Shown: piece after piece, positions 9,001 to 17,053 of the stretch
Numbering within the stretch: the first letter of the stretch is position 1
Layout: each line of letters begins with the position of its first letter
Assembly (NCBI GenBank): GCA_044373885.1
Contig: JBIPNF010000001.1
Span: 1 to 51,357 of the forward strand
DNA: 51,357 bases
From: Flavobacterium sp.
Lineage (GTDB): Bacteria; Bacteroidota; Bacteroidia; Flavobacteriales; Flavobacteriaceae
Direction of reading: 5' to 3'
Program-made: the position numbers and the translations under genes
Notes under the pieces: model-generated
Told to the model about the DNA's origin: nothing
Database searches by the model: none
What the model saw: only the letters and a program-made list of their open reading frames with translations

Positions 9001-12000
9001 AAAAGTTATATTAATAATGCAAGCGCCTCAACAATTACTACCCAAGTTGGTAACGTGCTGCTTTCGGCAAATGTTGACGATGCAACCGATGGTGATGCTA
9101 CTACAAATGGATACATTTTATTTGGAAGTGGTTTAACTGTTGCTACCAATGGTGGAAATATTACCCTTGGAGGTGGAGATGCTATTGCAAGTGGTTATGC
9201 CGTTGGAACTAGCGCCTATCCTTATGAAGGGCTTAGGGTGGATGGTACTTTAAATATAAATTCGGGCGGCGGAAATATTACAATGCGGGGTAAGTCCTAT
9301 TTAGCTAATACTGGCTCTGCTGCGTGGGGACTAGGATTTTGGAATCTTTCTACAGGTACAATTAATAGTGGTGTGGGAACAATTTTATTAGACGGGTTAT
9401 CACAATCGTATGGAGGTACATATAATTCAGGCCTTTTCAATAACGGAGCATTGACGCTAACCTCTTCAAATACTACTTCGGATGCCATTAAATTCATTGG
9501 AAAATCAACTGGTATAAATGGGGAATCTTGGGGTATTGAAGCGGAAAGTAACTTGTCACTTATAGCAACAGGCGATGGTGGTGGTATTACCATGAGTTCC
9601 TCACAACAAAATACAGCAAGTAATCTGGATATTGTATTACGTGGTGAAACCAATATCCTGGCAAAAAGCGGCCCGATAAATTTATTGGGTGGTCAATCAG
9701 GTGGCATATCGGGAGGTACGATGTGGATTGGTACCACCATGAATATTGGTTCTAAAGCTATAAGCGAGGTTACTAGTAGTTCAAGTAACATTGTCATGCA
9801 GTACGATCAGCATTCTTTTTCTGCCTATCCTAATGTTGCAACTTCAGGATCCGTAACATGGAAACCTTATTCAGCAAGCTTTGTTGCAGCTGTTAATACA
9901 GTGTGGTTTAATTGGAATCAAAATAGTCAAAACATGAGTTCATTGACAATAGGTAAATCAGGAAGTACTGCAGATGTAACTTTTGGTTCTGCCTTAACTA
10001 CTCAATGTCCAGTCTCGGTTTATGGCGGAACAATTGCGTTTAACGCAGCTCTTAATTTAAATTCTAATAGTTTGAATTTGGAAACTAGTACAGCAGTTAC
10101 GCAAACCGCGGCTATTAGTGTCGGGTCTTTGGGTATCACAGGTGCAGGAACTGTAACATTGAATAACACCAGCAATACTATTGAAACCATTGCTGCTGGA
10201 ACGACTAGCAGCAGAGTAGGTTCTTTGAGCTTAACAGATGCTAGCGGAGGAATTACTGTGGATTCAGTGGGAAGTGCAACAGGAATAAATACCAATGCAG
10301 GTGTTGTTTTGGTTGAAACCTTATCAGGTAATATTAATTTGAATCAATCGATCTCAACCAATAACACAACTACGAGCGCCATTATTTTAAATGCAGGTAA
10401 AAGCTCGGCTATCGGTAGTGGTTCGAGTGGTGATATCATTGTTAATGGAACACCTACAATTACTATGAGTACTGGCGGTATTGCTAAGTTGTACAGTGGA
10501 GTGGAAATTAACAGTACTGGGCTTACGACTTTAGCGGGTGGCGCATCCAATGTGCGATACAACTATGACGAGACTACAACTACTTTCAGTCCAGTTTTGG
10601 CGGTAAATAATAAGTATGCAATATACAGAACAGTTACAGGAGTGGGTGATTTGACAATTGTGAGCTCAGGTGGCGATGCATTAAATTCGACCTGGGCTTA
10701 TTCTAATGGAACCATATCCACCAAAACAACACCAGTAAACATTAATGCTTCGGTGTTGGAAAACTATTTAAGTTCTGGACCGTTGACTATTGAATCTGGA
10801 AACATAACGTTCAATGCTTCAGTAACCAATACAGCTGCCAATGCACTTACCTGCAACGGGAATACTAGTTTGGGTAATACAATCACTGCAACGGTAAATT
10901 CTGCGATTACTAATGGCGGAAACATTGTATTCAATACTGGTGATTTTGCTGTAAATAGTTCAATCACAGGTACAGCAAGCGCTTCAATTACGGTTAATGC
11001 AACTGGGGGTGTTTCAACGGCAGGCACAACGCGCAGAACTATTGGTACTTTAGGAGGTAACATTACCATCAATGCTGACAGCGATGCAAACGGTTCAGGG
11101 CAAATGAATTTAGATTATCTAACTTTTAATCCATCTTCGGGTAATACCATTATTCGTGGGGAAACCATTTCTTGGGATATAGCTGCGGATAATCAAAAAC
11201 CCTATATCAACGGAACAGGTAGTTTTACTTTTGAATCGAGTGATGCTGCTTTTGGACAAGCAGTTTATTCGTACTGGTTTGTAATCGATCAAGATTCAAA
11301 CGGGATTAGTGCATATACGTTTGGTAAAGTAGGAAATACAGTAAATGTTTATATAAATAGTACATTTACTATCGCCGGACCCATAAACGTTTACGGAGGA
11401 TATGTTGAATTTACTGGCAATATTACCAGCTCTGCTAATGGTGATATTTTCGTTAAAAGTATTATAAACGGAAATAATCCATCAGTGTATATAGGCGCTG
11501 TGACCATAAATAAATCTGCTGGTACAGGCACGCTTACGTTTCAATCGAGTGGTCGTGTTCTAAATTATGGAACCATAAGTGCAACAGGTACAGGCCGTTT
11601 AAACGTGGTCATGTGGTCTGATTATGACAACAGCAACAACGACGGTGGCATTTCCCATATGGGAACAATAAGTACCAATGGCGGACATGTTTGGATGGGT
11701 GGTTCTAACTCTACTAGTGGTAGTTACACCTGGAATGACTTGACAGTAGGAGATGGCCCGTCTATTGGATCCGGTGGTTACAACGCAAATGCTATGGATA
11801 TTTGGGGAAATATCACCACCAATGGCGGTGACTTTTTTGCCTGGGCTGGCACTGGTGTAAGTGGTGGTACCAATGGTATTGCTTCAAACAGCAACTATAT
11901 CATTAATACAGGGGTTGGGAATATCACATTTATCGCGTCAGCCATAGCCAATACGTTTCAGTTCACCACTACAGGTCAAATCTCTTTGGCACCAAATGGT

Positions 12001-15000
12001 GGAAGCTATGCGAGTGCCTTGACTTTTGGAGGAACATTAACTTCGGGTAACTTTACCTTCAATACAAGTCATTATAATGGATTAGTGATAAATAATATGA
12101 GTAGCGTAGGAGGCTTAACTGTGGGTCAATATTCGGGACTTTTAAACAGTGGAACAGCTGTGAATTTAGGAAATACTTCCAATATAACTTTCAATTCAGC
12201 AGCTACCATTGCTGGACCAATATCCATTTATGGAGGAACGATAGAAGTGAATGAAAATTTAAATACAGCAGCAGGTACTACTTTAGGTGATATTTTAATT
12301 AAAGCATCTGGTGATATTTCATTAGCAAGTGCAAAATCAATCACCACAAGTGGTGGCGATGTGATTCTTTGGTCTGATAGTGATGCAAATGGGGGGTTCA
12401 TTTTACTTAATGATAACGTGACAATCAATAGTATAAACGGTTCTACCAATAGCAATTTGTCTGGTGGTGGAAAAATAATTTTGGCAGGAGGAGCAGATGA
12501 TGGAAGTAATGGTGGAATAGCTTTAGATGGAATTCCTGATGGTTCAGCAAAAAGTTCAATAAGTAATGGAATTAAAATTGGTTCAACTACAGCAAACTTT
12601 TCACAATTTTATTCGGGCGGAGGAGATATTTTAATCCGAGGATTAAGTACGAATAATAATGTTACAAATGTGAATAATATTGGTGTTTACCAATTTGGTA
12701 AATTTACAGCTAATTCGGGTACAGGCGCCATAGCTATAACTGGGCAAAGCACAAATTTTTACGGTTTAAACTTTGTTGAACCGATATCAAATGTAACAAC
12801 AGGAGCAACTCATTTAAGTTTGATTTCTCATAAAGCATCCGGTACAGCCATCTCTATTAATGGTTCTTCAAGTGCAACACATGGAGTAGTTTTTAATTAC
12901 AATAATCCAAAAGAGATTTTAGCTACTGGTGGAGGTGCAATTGTTATTACGGGTTCGGGTGCAGGAAGTGGTAATGGAATCTTTTTACAAAATCAAGATG
13001 TTTTAGCTACTTCTGGTGCTATAACTTTAATTGGTGGTGCAAAAGGTATTTATACCGCAAATGCGGGGATGAACCTTGGTCTTAAAGTAGGAAGCACAAT
13101 TGCCTCAAGTTCTTCTGATATTAGTTTGATATCTGATAGCTTTTCGTTTGTTAATACCTCTAATATAAACACTTCTGGTAAAGTAACTCTTGAGTCAAAT
13201 GCTGATAGCTTTTTAAATACTCTTACTTTTCCAATTAGTAATTTAACACTTAGTACTAATGTGAGTGGTCTTACAGTTGGTAAAACCACTAATACATCAG
13301 CAATAACTTTTGGAACTGCTACATCAATTGCTGGACCAATAACGGCTTACGGAGGAATAATAACTCTTGATGCCAACTTAACGACTACCAACAATGGAGC
13401 TATATCGTTATACACCGATAATGCCCTAGGAGGATTAACCTCTACTGCACGGGTCATTACTGCAGCGGGTTCATTCAATTACATACCAAGAAGTGATTTC
13501 TTTAGTGTGCCAGTAACCTACCCAATAACTAACTTGAATCTAACAAGTTCTGGACTTTTAATTGGTAAACCAACCAATACCGCTGCTATTACTTTTGGAA
13601 ATGCAACAACCATTGCCGGACCAATAACCGCTTACGGTGGAACAATAACCCTTGATGCCAACTTAACGACCACTAACAACGGAAATATTTCTTTATATTC
13701 AGATAATCCATTAGGCTTGTCAGCAAGCAGAACTATAAATGCAGCTGGAGCATTCAAATACATTCCTAGAGTAACGACTTTTACAGCCGATGTAACCTAT
13801 CCTATTGCCAATTTAACAGCAACTTCAACAGGTTTAACTATCGGAAATACTACTAATGATAAAAATATTACCATTTCGCAAGAGGTTATTGGAGGCGCAG
13901 GAATTGAGTTGTATGGTAACAACTTAAATATCAATGCCAATTTAAAAACAACTTTGGGTGGTGCGATGTATCTTAAAGGGAATACAACTATTGCTGCGGA
14001 AAAATATATTGAATCGAATGGGAATTTTACGCACGATGGGAATTTAACTTTTAAATCAACAGCAACTGGAACTGCAGCTTTTGGTTCTTTAGGAGGTAAT
14101 TTCTACACCGTTAGTGGAACGACCACTGTAGAACGTTACATTCCTGCCAAACGTGGATGGAGATTGTTAACAGCTCCTTTAAAAGGAAGTTCAAATAATT
14201 CTATTTTTTACAATTGGCAAAATAATGGCGCTGCAGGGGATAACAGCACTGGAATGGTACTTTGGGATCCACAAGGCACAGCTACGCCAACTAGTTCAAA
14301 CAATGGACTATTCCAAGGGCCACAAGCTAATATTTATAGTTATGCTACTGGATGGCAAGGTGTCTCTAATACGAATACAACCAATCTATTTGAGACAAAC
14401 AATACCAATGCTTTCTTAGTATTTACTACAGGACCACATGCCGCTAACACTATTTCTAATTCAGCTGCTCCTTCTGTTACCACTTTAAAGCCAAAAGGAA
14501 CATTAATTACAGGAAATGTTCCCCATTCTTTAATAGCCAACCAATATAAATTGATAGCTAATCCGTATGCAAGTCCCATAAATACTGAAACATTGATACA
14601 AGCCAATTCAGGGGCTAAAGCATGGTTATTAGACCCTACCATAGGAACTTATGGCGGTTATGTAGCGTATGATGGAACAAATTGGTCACTAACACCATCA
14701 GTAGCGAGTGACAAATACATTCAAAGTGGTCAAGGATTCTTTGTACGCAATGCGAGTAATGCAACTTTTACTATTTCTGAATCCAATAAAATAATAGGAA
14801 ATAGCAACACTTGGTTCAATCGAACTGCAACGGATGATTTAGCTACTGATAAAATACGCGTGTTACTCTACAAACAAGACAATGCAGAATGGCTACTCGC
14901 AGATGGTATTTTAGCTGTCAATTCGAGTAACGGCAATACAGCAGTAGATGACACGGATACGAACAAGATAACTAATTTCAATGAAAATATCATGTTTAGA

Positions 15001-15543
15001 AACGGAGCTACTAATTTAGCGATAGAGTACAGTGCTTTGCCACTAGTAGGCTATGTTCAACCCATGCGCTTAACAGCTACAACAGTACAGCCGTATCAGT
15101 TGCGTTTGTTTACCGAAAACTACACCAATACCGCTGCAATACCATTTTTAGAAGATACCGTAGCCGGAACCTTTACACCAATTCCTACTGATGGTTCTGT
15201 ACTTACTATGCCTTTCACAGGAATAGCAGCTACAAGTACTGTTCCAGACCAACGTTTTAGAATTGTATACCAAGAGGAGGCTTTAAATAATGAAAGTTTC
15301 ACTCCATTATGGGCAACTGTTTATCCTAACCCCGTGAAAGATGGTTTTGTGAATGTACATTTGAATGCAATCGAAGCAACAGCAAATTTCTCAATTACCA
15401 ATTTAGTAGGACAACTAGTATATAAAGGAAAATTAGAAAGTATTCAAAATACCATTGCCTTACCGCAGCTACCAGAAGGAGTTTATTTGCTATCTATACT
15501 CCAAGATGGAAAACGTTTTACCACCAAATTATACATTAACTAA
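6049..15543 (+). CDS. Giant secreted adhesin-like protein with Gly-rich domain, autotransporter-type beta-strand repeats and T9SS type A C-terminal sorting domain
   Basis: ORF 6007-15543; the ATG at 6049 is preferred because it gives the signal peptide MNTIKISKIIFSVLFVFSTMANA-Q. Three LxKTGxGxLTxxGxNxYSGxTT repeats, many TNGGNIT-type beta-helix motifs, and a C-terminal VYPNPVKD..LPEGVYLLSI..KLYIN. Confidence 0.85.
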   Translation: MNTIKISKIIFSVLFVFSTMANAQNLTISSSGQTGTSGTNWGITGSNLTVTGTATIAASVIESHLASNSLSIQGNSTSFAVNVSEPISSSASGNGLTIGATGNTGNILFNNAFSLAGSVTIFGGRVSILEAFSLSAPNLLSITSINTLIAGTTTIGGTASISASGNFILGTNITAGTGFPLTASGGFTKTGAGTSYLFSSINTTNTAVTIAGPVVVGNFNTSNAITQINTNGGNISIPGAVSAYSGTGRDYMALVYANLYDAEAGAVTGSSTDIYLRFNPGNQFFNSVPGMAASYSIQYLVVAGGGGGGASWAGAYSGGGGGGGGVANGTYSFTGSPLAISVGAGGDVSSSGNDSYLETIKSGGGGGGGNWNTTLGLVGRGGTGYTAGGGGGGAGSNTGAGQSGGTGTQRNGGSGAWSGSLTNFGGSGGGAVGNGANFNSGGFGYSSSITGVAISYGEGAACQGTPVANTGGGGGAQGYGTYTGADGAVILRFALPNASALNAASLSTAFHLNAIAGSVTLSSTVANLSNLEITAGAASTITGPVTGTGSLLKTGSGTLTLSGDNRYSGGTTVTTGTLVLNDTAPMDGLGVIVGTLNINQNGTVQLTGLASALGYNANRVTTININGGVLEAASGQQHIWNLTGGLNFNGGGTLRTNGGTSAAAATSYFEWGVTNITITNPTSPAEIAGRINLRNDLGTSVFTVADGAAENDLLISAAITEANGSSLTKTGAGKLTFTGSNSYSGTTTISAGILQIGNGGTSGTISAAGVTNNAALVFNRSNDFTISNAISGTGTVNKTGAGILTLSGGNSYSGLTTISQSILKCGSNTALGTIAGSTTIVDGAALDLNGINYSTAEPLTINGTGVSASGVLYNSTTTIATFAGPITLASNVTINGKDADLTLSGTINGAYALEIISTNKAFSQTGIVGATSAPVSYTINTGSGLITKGAAATVAGPITLDGGQISLSSTTTSTLTNAAITARSKSYINNASASTITTQVGNVLLSANVDDATDGDATTNGYILFGSGLTVATNGGNITLGGGDAIASGYAVGTSAYPYEGLRVDGTLNINSGGGNITMRGKSYLANTGSAAWGLGFWNLSTGTINSGVGTILLDGLSQSYGGTYNSGLFNNGALTLTSSNTTSDAIKFIGKSTGINGESWGIEAESNLSLIATGDGGGITMSSSQQNTASNLDIVLRGETNILAKSGPINLLGGQSGGISGGTMWIGTTMNIGSKAISEVTSSSSNIVMQYDQHSFSAYPNVATSGSVTWKPYSASFVAAVNTVWFNWNQNSQNMSSLTIGKSGSTADVTFGSALTTQCPVSVYGGTIAFNAALNLNSNSLNLETSTAVTQTAAISVGSLGITGAGTVTLNNTSNTIETIAAGTTSSRVGSLSLTDASGGITVDSVGSATGINTNAGVVLVETLSGNINLNQSISTNNTTTSAIILNAGKSSAIGSGSSGDIIVNGTPTITMSTGGIAKLYSGVEINSTGLTTLAGGASNVRYNYDETTTTFSPVLAVNNKYAIYRTVTGVGDLTIVSSGGDALNSTWAYSNGTISTKTTPVNINASVLENYLSSGPLTIESGNITFNASVTNTAANALTCNGNTSLGNTITATVNSAITNGGNIVFNTGDFAVNSSITGTASASITVNATGGVSTAGTTRRTIGTLGGNITINADSDANGSGQMNLDYLTFNPSSGNTIIRGETISWDIAADNQKPYINGTGSFTFESSDAAFGQAVYSYWFVIDQDSNGISAYTFGKVGNTVNVYINSTFTIAGPINVYGGYVEFTGNITSSANGDIFVKSIINGNNPSVYIGAVTINKSAGTGTLTFQSSGRVLNYGTISATGTGRLNVVMWSDYDNSNNDGGISHMGTISTNGGHVWMGGSNSTSGSYTWNDLTVGDGPSIGSGGYNANAMDIWGNITTNGGDFFAWAGTGVSGGTNGIASNSNYIINTGVGNITFIASAIANTFQFTTTGQISLAPNGGSYASALTFGGTLTSGNFTFNTSHYNGLVINNMSSVGGLTVGQYSGLLNSGTAVNLGNTSNITFNSAATIAGPISIYGGTIEVNENLNTAAGTTLGDILIKASGDISLASAKSITTSGGDVILWSDSDANGGFILLNDNVTINSINGSTNSNLSGGGKIILAGGADDGSNGGIALDGIPDGSAKSSISNGIKIGSTTANFSQFYSGGGDILIRGLSTNNNVTNVNNIGVYQFGKFTANSGTGAIAITGQSTNFYGLNFVEPISNVTTGATHLSLISHKASGTAISINGSSSATHGVVFNYNNPKEILATGGGAIVITGSGAGSGNGIFLQNQDVLATSGAITLIGGAKGIYTANAGMNLGLKVGSTIASSSSDISLISDSFSFVNTSNINTSGKVTLESNADSFLNTLTFPISNLTLSTNVSGLTVGKTTNTSAITFGTATSIAGPITAYGGIITLDANLTTTNNGAISLYTDNALGGLTSTARVITAAGSFNYIPRSDFFSVPVTYPITNLNLTSSGLLIGKPTNTAAITFGNATTIAGPITAYGGTITLDANLTTTNNGNISLYSDNPLGLSASRTINAAGAFKYIPRVTTFTADVTYPIANLTATSTGLTIGNTTNDKNITISQEVIGGAGIELYGNNLNINANLKTTLGGAMYLKGNTTIAAEKYIESNGNFTHDGNLTFKSTATGTAAFGSLGGNFYTVSGTTTVERYIPAKRGWRLLTAPLKGSSNNSIFYNWQNNGAAGDNSTGMVLWDPQGTATPTSSNNGLFQGPQANIYSYATGWQGVSNTNTTNLFETNNTNAFLVFTTGPHAANTISNSAAPSVTTLKPKGTLITGNVPHSLIANQYKLIANPYASPINTETLIQANSGAKAWLLDPTIGTYGGYVAYDGTNWSLTPSVASDKYIQSGQGFFVRNASNATFTISESNKIIGNSNTWFNRTATDDLATDKIRVLLYKQDNAEWLLADGILAVNSSNGNTAVDDTDTNKITNFNENIMFRNGATNLAIEYSALPLVGYVQPMRLTATTVQPYQLRLFTENYTNTAAIPFLEDTVAGTFTPIPTDGSVLTMPFTGIAATSTVPDQRFRIVYQEEALNNESFTPLWATVYPNPVKDGFVNVHLNAIEATANFSITNLVGQLVYKGKLESIQNTIALPQLPEGVYLLSILQDGKRFTTKLYIN
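13279..13842 (+). repeat. Intragenic tandem duplication of a ~95-aa unit
   Basis: Units start at 13279 and 13564 (GKxTNTxAITFGxATxIAGPITAYGGxITLDANLTTTNNG..VTYPIxNL). Similarity is still visible at the DNA level (cttgatgccaacttaacgac occurs in both). Confidence 0.85.
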
Positions 15544-15560
15544 TTATAAAAAGTAATCTC

Positions 15561-15791
15561 ATGAAAAAGCTAAATTCTTTGTTGATGCCTATATATATAA
15601 TTGGTTTTAATTTAATATCTACATCAATTTTTGCACTAGATGAAGATCCAGGTTTACCGATTGTAACAGACCCGGGTTCTCCAGCAGCTCCAATAAACGA
15701 TTGGATATTTCCAATGATGGTTTTAGGCGTAGTGTTTCTATTTTTTTACTGTAAAAAGCAACAAAAAGTTGTTGAAATAAAAAATAATTGA
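15561..15791 (+). CDS. Small PID-CTERM-like membrane-anchored peptide
   Basis: 76 aa: N-terminal signal peptide, acidic Pro-rich linker (DEDPGLPIVTDPGSPAA), PIND motif, transmembrane helix and basic tail (KKQQK). It starts 17 nt after the giant gene. Confidence 0.75.
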   Translation: MKKLNSLLMPIYIIGFNLISTSIFALDEDPGLPIVTDPGSPAAPINDWIFPMMVLGVVFLFFYCKKQQKVVEIKNN

Positions 15792-15864
15792 AATGACAAA
15801 CGTTATAAAAGCAACAATTGTTTTTATAATAGTAGTAATCAAAGGCATAAATTCCGTTAAAATA

Positions 15865-15904
15865 AAAAATCCTAAACACTAATTATTAAGTGTTTAGGAT
15901 TTTT
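15865..15904. terminator. Bidirectional intrinsic terminator between the T9SS/PID unit and the tRNA
   Basis: AAAAATCCTAAACACT / AGTGTTTAGGATTTTT inverted repeat with A and T tails. Confidence 0.8.
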
Positions 15905-15908
15905 ATTG

Positions 15909-15982
15909 TGGTCCCACTTGGAATCGAACCAAGCACCTACTGATTATGAGTCAGTTGCTCTAACCGAATGAGCTATAGGACC
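15909..15982 (-). tRNA. tRNA-Ile2 (anticodon CAT, lysidine-modified)
   Basis: GGTCCTATAGCTCATTCGGTTAGAGCAACTGACT-CAT-AATCAGTAGGTGCTTGGTTCGATTCCAAGTGGGACCA forms a cloverleaf. It has C4-G69 and C5-G68 (TilS determinants) and A73, and lacks the C1:A72 mismatch and 3GC anticodon stem of fMet. CCA is not encoded. Confidence 0.88.
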
Positions 15983-16098
15983 TTTTAATGAGGTGCAATA
16001 GTACTACAATTTTTGATTTTCTGCAACTATTTCAACAACAGATTTTGATTTTTTTGATTTTTTATGATTTTAAAATCAAAACTAATTATTCAAATTTA

Positions 16099-16515
16099 CT
16101 ATAAATCAGGTTGATTTTTAATGTCCTGACAAAGCTCTATTAAAACGCCATTGGTGCTTTTAGGATGAAGAAATACAACTAATTTATTGTCGGCGCCTTT
16201 TTTAGGAATTTCATTCAAAACAATAAAACCTTCTGCTTTTAATCGCGCAATTTCCGAAACTATGTCTTCAACATCAAAAGCGATATGGTGAATTCCTTCG
16301 CCCTTTTTTTCGATGAATTTTGCAATAGGACTTTCCGGATTTGTAGCTTCTAAGAGCTCAATTTTGTTTGGGCCGTTCATGAAAAACGAAGTATTTACCC
16401 CTTCACTTGTAACTTCCTCAGATTTATAGGCTGGGGCGCCAAATAGTTTTTCAAATACTAAATTAGAAACTTCAAGACTTTTGACCGCAATTCCAATATG
16501 TTCAATTTTTCTCAT
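16099..16515 (-). CDS. mce: Methylmalonyl-CoA epimerase (VOC fold)
   Basis: Motifs IEHIGIAV, KIELLE, GEGIHHIAF and FLHPKSTNGVLIELCQ. Confidence 0.9.
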   Translation of the reverse strand: MRKIEHIGIAVKSLEVSNLVFEKLFGAPAYKSEEVTSEGVNTSFFMNGPNKIELLEATNPESPIAKFIEKKGEGIHHIAFDVEDIVSEIARLKAEGFIVLNEIPKKGADNKLVVFLHPKSTNGVLIELCQDIKNQPDL

Positions 16516-16647
16516 TTTATCGTTAATTCGGATAATCGTTTTTAGTTTAATCGAAAATAAATAGTAAAATTAATGCTTTTATTACCAAACAAAGATAAAA
16601 AACTTTATCGTATAGCGACTTTGAAACGTTGGAACTCAAAAAAATTG

Positions 16648-16655
16648 TATTTTTG
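16648..16655 (+). promoter_or_regulatory. -7 promoter box for rbfA (probably leaderless or near-leaderless transcript)
   Basis: TATTTTTG followed by cagc and the ATG at 16660. Confidence 0.6.
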
Positions 16656-16659
16656 CAGC

Positions 16660-17052
16660 ATGGAAACAAATAGACAGAAAAAAATAGGCGGTGTAATCCA
16701 AAAAGATTTGGTGGATATTTTGCAAGGTGAAATACGAAAAAATGGAATATCTAATTTAATTATTTCCGTTTCCAAGGTAATTGTAACAACCGATTTATCC
16801 GTTGCAACCATTCATCTAAGTATTTTTCCACAAGAAAAAGCGGCAGAAACATTGGTGGCAATTCGATCAAACACCAAATTAATCAAGCACGATTTGTCAC
16901 AAAGAGTTAAACTTCAATTGCGTAAAGTACCCAATTTGACTTTCTTTATTGACGATTCTTTGGATTATATTGAGAAGATTAACAATGCCTTAGCATCAAA
17001 AGAAAATCCTATTGAAAACCGTGATCTTTTAGAAAAACGAAGAACAACCTAA
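16660..17052 (+). CDS. rbfA: Ribosome-binding factor A
   Basis: METNRQKKIGGVIQKDL, VTTDLSVATIHLS and QLRKVPNLTFFIDDSLDY. Start moved from the ORF-track 16573 to the ATG at 16660. Confidence 0.93.
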   Translation: METNRQKKIGGVIQKDLVDILQGEIRKNGISNLIISVSKVIVTTDLSVATIHLSIFPQEKAAETLVAIRSNTKLIKHDLSQRVKLQLRKVPNLTFFIDDSLDYIEKINNALASKENPIENRDLLEKRRTT

Positions 17053-17053
17053 T

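Noticed and set aside
6117-15302. Many antisense and alternative-frame ORFs inside the giant gene (and similar ones inside other genes)
   Set aside because: They are shadows of biased codon usage in long real ORFs and show no recognisable motifs or translation signals.
15793-15882. 29-codon ORF MTNVIKATIVFIIVVIKGINSVKIKNPKH after the PID peptide
   Set aside because: It is very short, AT-rich, runs into the terminator and has no recognisable motif.
15909-15982. tRNA-Met or tRNA-fMet call from the CAT anticodon
   Set aside because: It lacks the fMet hallmarks and carries the C4-G69/C5-G68 pairs and overall pattern of tRNA-Ile2.
16573-16659. N-terminal extension of RbfA in the ORF track
   Set aside because: It overlaps the -7 promoter box; the protein is better started at METNRQ (16660).
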